From contig RXJV01000016.1 in NCBI GenBank assembly GCA_003963075.1, positions 140-64,139 of the forward strand: DNA of 64,000 bases, in the 5' to 3' direction. Positions within the stretch are counted from its first letter, which is position 1; each line of letters starts with the position of its first letter. Position numbers and translations under genes: made by a program. Origin of the DNA: Burkholderiales bacterium. GTDB taxonomy: Bacteria; Pseudomonadota; Gammaproteobacteria; Burkholderiales; Burkholderiaceae_C. The notes beneath the pieces were generated by a model. It was not told the DNA's origin. It did not search any database and saw only the letters and a list, made by a program, of their open reading frames with translations. Positions 59,986 through 64,000 of this stretch are shown piece after piece.

Positions 59986-60696
59986 CTACGGTTGGGTCAG
60001 CTCGAACTGCACGACCAGCGCGTCCTGCACGGCCAGCAGCCCACCGAGCACGGTGAAGGGCACGATGCCGAAATCGCTTTGCCTGAGCACGGCCTCGCCG
60101 CGCGCATGCCGGCCGTCCACCGCCACCACCAGCCACTGCCGCCGGGTCAGGCCATGCCAGCTGATCTCGGCCTCCACCGCGCGCCGATCGCCCTCACCCA
60201 CCTGCTGCAGCGTGCGCACCACCACCTCCGGATGCGCCTCAGCATCTAGGGCCTTCATCAGGTTGGCTCGGGTGCCGGCACGGGCCTGATCGTCCAGCAG
60301 GCTCGCGAAGGCGGGGCCGAGTCGCTCGCGAATCTCGGGCGGGTCGATGGTCAGTTCGTCCAGCCGAAAGCGCAGCACCGGGCCGCCGGCCGCCCAGTCG
60401 ACGCGCAGGTCGCCCGCGAGCAGCACATGGTTATGGCCGAACCGCGCGGCGCTGCCGCCCCGAAACACCAGCACACGCAGTTCGTTGCCGACCTCGGCCG
60501 GAGCTTGCGGGCTCGGCGCAACGGCGGCGGACCGGGGCGCCGGCGATGCGGCTTGCAGGGTTGCTTGCTGGGTGGCTTGCGGCGGCGCGCTGCTGCAGGC
60601 GGCCAGCACCAGCAGGCCCGTCAGCGCCGTGCGCCGTCTAGTCGCTCGCAGATTCAATTGGGCATTCCGAAGGAGTTTTGCAAGCCGGCCCTCCAC
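59986..60696 (-). CDS. YceI-like lipoprotein
   Basis: Lipobox LAAC, ARFGHNHV, QSDFGIVPF.VLGGLL.V.D; start uncertain (possibly TTG near 60660). Confidence 0.7.
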   Translation of the reverse strand: MEGRLAKLLRNAQLNLRATRRRTALTGLLVLAACSSAPPQATQQATLQAASPAPRSAAVAPSPQAPAEVGNELRVLVFRGGSAARFGHNHVLLAGDLRVDWAAGGPVLRFRLDELTIDPPEIRERLGPAFASLLDDQARAGTRANLMKALDAEAHPEVVVRTLQQVGEGDRRAVEAEISWHGLTRRQWLVVAVDGRHARGEAVLRQSDFGIVPFTVLGGLLAVQDALVVQFELTQP

Positions 60697-60750
60697 GCGA
60701 CGCGCCGAGCTGCACTAGCATAGGCCCATCCTCCTCATCGGAGCCCTTGC

Positions 60751-61287
60751 ATGGCCAGCCTGTTCCGCCCCGCCCTCGACCTGATGGCGCAATACGCCGC
60801 CTACCACCGCGATCGACGCAATATCGCGACCCACTTCATTGGCATCCCGCTGATCGTCTTCGCGATCAGCGCGCTGCTGGCGCGCGTCGAGTTCACGCTG
60901 GCGGCCCAACCGATGAACCTGGCCATCCTGGCCTGGGCGCTGTCGGCGCTCTGGTATCTCACACGCGGCAACCTGGTGCTCGGTGTCGCCACCACCATCG
61001 CCAACGGCCTGCTCACGGCGCTGGCGCTGCCTGCCGCGCAGGGCTCGACGACGGGTTGGCTGGTCATCGGCGTCGGCAGTTTTGTCGTGGGCTGGGTGTT
61101 CCAGTTCGTCGGCCATTACTACGAAGGCCGCAAGCCGGCCTTTGTGGACGACCTGGTCGGCCTGCTGGTCGGCCCGATGTTCGTCGTCGGCGAAGCGATG
61201 TTCACGCTCGGCTGGGGCCGCTCCCTGCTGGCCGAGATCGAGCGGCGCGTCGGCCCGACCCATCTGCGCGATCTCGCCCACCCTTGA
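60751..61287 (+). CDS. DUF962/Mpo1-like membrane protein
   Basis: YAAYHRD.RN..THFIGIP, FQFVGHYYEGRKPAF. Confidence 0.85.
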   Translation: MASLFRPALDLMAQYAAYHRDRRNIATHFIGIPLIVFAISALLARVEFTLAAQPMNLAILAWALSALWYLTRGNLVLGVATTIANGLLTALALPAAQGSTTGWLVIGVGSFVVGWVFQFVGHYYEGRKPAFVDDLVGLLVGPMFVVGEAMFTLGWGRSLLAEIERRVGPTHLRDLAHP

Positions 61288-61299
61288 AGCCCTGAACCG

Positions 61300-62313
61300 A
61301 TGCCCGGCGTTCTGGTGATGGGCGCCGGCTCGGTCGGCTGCTTTATCGGCGGCCTGACCCAACTGGCCGGCGTGCCCGTACATTTCGTGGGCCGCCCACG
61401 CGTGCTGGCCGGCCTGCGCAGGCAGGGCCTGCGGCTCACCGACCAAGACGGCGGAGACCGCCGCATCCCGGCGCTCGAGCTGCGCCTGCACGAGGAGCCG
61501 CCGGCCGAACTCAAGCCCGACCTGGTGCTGCTGTGCGTGAAGTCCGGCGCCACCGCCGAGGCCGCCACGGCCCTGGGCCTGACGCTGCCGCCGGGCACAC
61601 CGGTCGTCAGCCTGCAGAACGGCATCGGCAATGCCAGCCTGGGCCGCGCCACGGCGCCGCAGCTGCGCTGGCACGCCGGCATGGTGCCGTTCAACATCGC
61701 GGAACTGAGCGCCGGCCACTACCACCGCGGCACTGGCGGCGCGCTGGCGGCCGAGGCCGCTGCCGGAGACACCGCGCTGTCGGCCTGGCAGAAGGCGCTG
61801 GCGCATCTCGGCCTGCCTCTGGAGCTGCACGACGACCTCGCCCCGGTGCAGTGGGGAAAGCTGCTGCTGAATCTGAACAACCCGGTCAATGCGCTGAGCG
61901 GCCTACCGCTGCGCGACGAGCTGCTGCAGCGTGGCTACCGGCGCGTGCTGGCCGCACTTCAGCACGAGGCGCTGGACCTGCTGGACGCCGCCCGCCAGCC
62001 GGTCGCCCAGCTCACGCCACTGCCACCGCGCCGCCTGCTCACAATGCTGCGCATGCCCGACATCGTGTTCCGGCTGGCCGCCGCGCGCATGCTGCGCATC
62101 GATGCCAAGGCCCGCTCCAGCATGGCCGACGACCTGGCGCAGGGTCGCACCACCGAGATCGACGCCCTGTGCGGCGAGGTCGTGCGCCTGGCCCAGCGCC
62201 TCAAGCGCGGCGCGCCGCTGAACGCCAGCATGCAGGCCCTCATCGAGGCCTGGCCCTCGCGCCGCCAGCCCTACTCGCCCTCCGAACTGCTGCAGGTCCT
62301 GCAGCTGGACTGA
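61300..62313 (+). CDS. 2-dehydropantoate 2-reductase family oxidoreductase
   Basis: MGAGSVG, LCVKS, SLQNG, QWGKLLLNLNN, SSMADDL..GR.TEID.LCG. Confidence 0.88.
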   Translation: MPGVLVMGAGSVGCFIGGLTQLAGVPVHFVGRPRVLAGLRRQGLRLTDQDGGDRRIPALELRLHEEPPAELKPDLVLLCVKSGATAEAATALGLTLPPGTPVVSLQNGIGNASLGRATAPQLRWHAGMVPFNIAELSAGHYHRGTGGALAAEAAAGDTALSAWQKALAHLGLPLELHDDLAPVQWGKLLLNLNNPVNALSGLPLRDELLQRGYRRVLAALQHEALDLLDAARQPVAQLTPLPPRRLLTMLRMPDIVFRLAAARMLRIDAKARSSMADDLAQGRTTEIDALCGEVVRLAQRLKRGAPLNASMQALIEAWPSRRQPYSPSELLQVLQLD

Positions 62314-62451
62314 AGCAAGCCCGCGCGCGCCACCCTGGGCCAGCGGCATGACCCGACACCGCAAGGAAAGCGTAAGCGACACTCTGCGCGAGCCTGCCGG
62401 CATCGGCGCAAGGGCTCGGGACAATCGCCGGTTAACCAAGGAACTCGCACC

Positions 62452-63213
62452 ATGCTCGAACTGCTCTCCAACCCGCAAGCCTGGATCGCCTTGGCGACGC
62501 TGACCGCACTGGAGCTGGTGCTGGGCATCGACAACATCATCTTCATCAGCATTCTGGTGGACAAGCTGCCCAAGGCGCGTCAGGAGCTCGCACGTCGCCT
62601 GGGCCTGTTCGCCGCGATGTTTATGCGCATCGGCCTGCTGATGATGCTGGCCTGGATCGTCGGCATGGTGGAACCGCTGTTCACGCTGCCGGTGCTCGAC
62701 AAGCCCATCTCGGGCCGCGACCTGATCCTGATCGGCGGCGGCCTGTTCCTGATCTGGAAGAGCACGGCCGAGATCCACGGTTCGCTGGAGGGCGAAGATG
62801 AAGCCCACGGCCCCAAGGCCGTCAAGGCCGCCTTCGGTGCGGTCATCCTGCAGATCATGGTGATCGACCTGGTGTTCTCGCTCGACTCCATCATCACGGC
62901 CGTCGGCATGGTGGACGACGTGCGCATCATGATCGCTGCCGTGATCGCCTCGGTGGGCCTGATGATGCTGTTCGCCGGCCCGATCGGGCGCTTCGTGTCG
63001 GCCCACCCGACGATCAAGATGCTGGCCTTGAGCTTCCTCGTCGTGGTCGGCGTCGTGCTGGTCGCCGAGGGCTTCGGCCACCATGTGCCCAAGGGCTATA
63101 TCTACTTCGCGATGGCCTTCTCTCTCGGCGTCGAGATGATGAACATCAAGATGCGCAAGAAGGCCGACTCGACGGTCAAGCTGCGCCAGCAGATCCCCGG
63201 CGGCGACGACTGA
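62452..63213 (+). CDS. TerC-family membrane protein
   Basis: LELVLGIDNIIFISIL, DLVFSLDSIITAVGM, HPTIKMLALSFL, PKGYIYFAMAFS. Confidence 0.93.
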   Translation: MLELLSNPQAWIALATLTALELVLGIDNIIFISILVDKLPKARQELARRLGLFAAMFMRIGLLMMLAWIVGMVEPLFTLPVLDKPISGRDLILIGGGLFLIWKSTAEIHGSLEGEDEAHGPKAVKAAFGAVILQIMVIDLVFSLDSIITAVGMVDDVRIMIAAVIASVGLMMLFAGPIGRFVSAHPTIKMLALSFLVVVGVVLVAEGFGHHVPKGYIYFAMAFSLGVEMMNIKMRKKADSTVKLRQQIPGGDD

Positions 63214-63257
63214 GCGCGCATGCCGGGGCCGATCCATCGCCCACCGACCGACTTCCG

Positions 63258-63743
63258 ATGCAGATTTCCCTGCGACCCGTCACGCGCGAGAACTTCGACG
63301 ATGTCGTCGACCTGAAGCTGCTTGACCATCAACAAGACTTCCTCGCGAGCAACGCCTACTCGATTGCGGAGGCCAGCCTCAACCCCGCCCTGCGCACCCA
63401 TGCAATCTATGGCGATGAGCGGGTGATTGGCTTCGTCCTGTACAGCCGGCCCGAGGAGACCGACGCACAGCCCGGATCATTCGGCATTTGGCGGTTGATG
63501 ATCGGTGCCGAATTCCAGGGCCGTGGCTATGGCAGACAGGCCCTGGAGCTCGTGCTGCGCGAGATCTGCGCCGATGAAACCGCCCGTGCGATCCACATCT
63601 GCTACCTGCCGGACAACGAGGCGGCCAGGCGCTTCTACGCAAGTCTGGGCTTTCGGGAGCTCGGCATCGAACCGGAATCCGGCGAGATGGACGCCGCCGT
63701 CAGCCCCGCGGACATCCGGTGGACGCACCGCACCGGCGCCTGA
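63258..63743 (+). CDS. GNAT-family N-acetyltransferase (spermidine acetyltransferase-like)
   Basis: SLRPVTRENF, FLASNAYSIAEA, IWRLMIGAEFQGRGYG, YLPDNEAARRFYASLGF. Confidence 0.88.
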   Translation: MQISLRPVTRENFDDVVDLKLLDHQQDFLASNAYSIAEASLNPALRTHAIYGDERVIGFVLYSRPEETDAQPGSFGIWRLMIGAEFQGRGYGRQALELVLREICADETARAIHICYLPDNEAARRFYASLGFRELGIEPESGEMDAAVSPADIRWTHRTGA

Positions 63744-63856
63744 ACTGCGACGAAAGCCTGCCGCGTCGTTCAGTGAATGATGCGGCCCCGCGCTGCCTCA
63801 CGCGCGCCGTCACGCTGAGCGATCACTGGGCTTGACCGCAGCGCGGCCGGGCCGGG

Positions 63857-64000
63857 TCAGTGCCCGTGGCCATGCGAAGGGGCGTGCCCGCAGCCAGGGC
63901 CGTGCACATGGCCGGCGTCGTGCGCCTTGACCGGGATGGCCAGGGGCTTGCGCGAGGGCGCCGAGGCGGCCTCATGCGTGTGGCCAGGGTCGTGGTGCCC
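63857..64000 (-). CDS. C-terminal His-rich tail of a gene that starts beyond the window
   Basis: Reads GHHDPGHTHE...HDAGHVHGPGCGHAPSHGHGH-stop on the minus strand. Confidence 0.7.
   Translation of the reverse strand, partial: GHHDPGHTHEAASAPSRKPLAIPVKAHDAGHVHGPGCGHAPSHGHGH

Noticed and set aside
62314-62451. yybP-ykoY Mn riboswitch upstream of the TerC gene
   Set aside because: Conserved aptamer elements not recognisable

Overview
GC-rich betaproteobacterial chromosome segment (Burkholderiales; Rubrivivax/Ideonella/Roseateles-like by inference) in which housekeeping blocks alternate with accessory modules. Core genes: rpoD (5'-partial), hemH-hslR-grpE-dnaK-dnaJ with two sigma-32-type promoters, tRNA-Arg(ACG), hemC-hemD-hemX-hemY, ppc, an algZ/algR-like pair, argH, prpE, a phenylacetate (paa) operon with a PaaR operator, moaA-mobA, and several GNAT/TerC/PanE-type genes. 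No integrase, transposase, prophage, rRNA or CRISPR array is supported. The most interesting parts are: (1) 12.1-16.5 kb, a FixL-like PAS-GAF hybrid kinase, an OmpR-type regulator and a Cys-less FixK-like Crp/Fnr factor, facing a perfect FNR-type box that appears to drive a leaderless transcript for an ornithine-carbamoyltransferase-derived pseudoenzyme (carbamoyl-phosphate domain only, catalytic residues lost); (2) 21.0-28.2 kb, an operon of TonB receptor, SapC, JmjC/cupin and a flavin-dependent halogenase fused to a second 2OG-Fe(II)-type domain, behind a LacI-type operator; (3) a MauG/BthA-type (His/Tyr) diheme lipoprotein divergent from a BaeSR-like pair; (4) a LexA-boxed radical SAM gene and a DnaA box overlapping the dnaK heat-shock promoter. 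All family calls come from motifs read by eye; no database searches were run.
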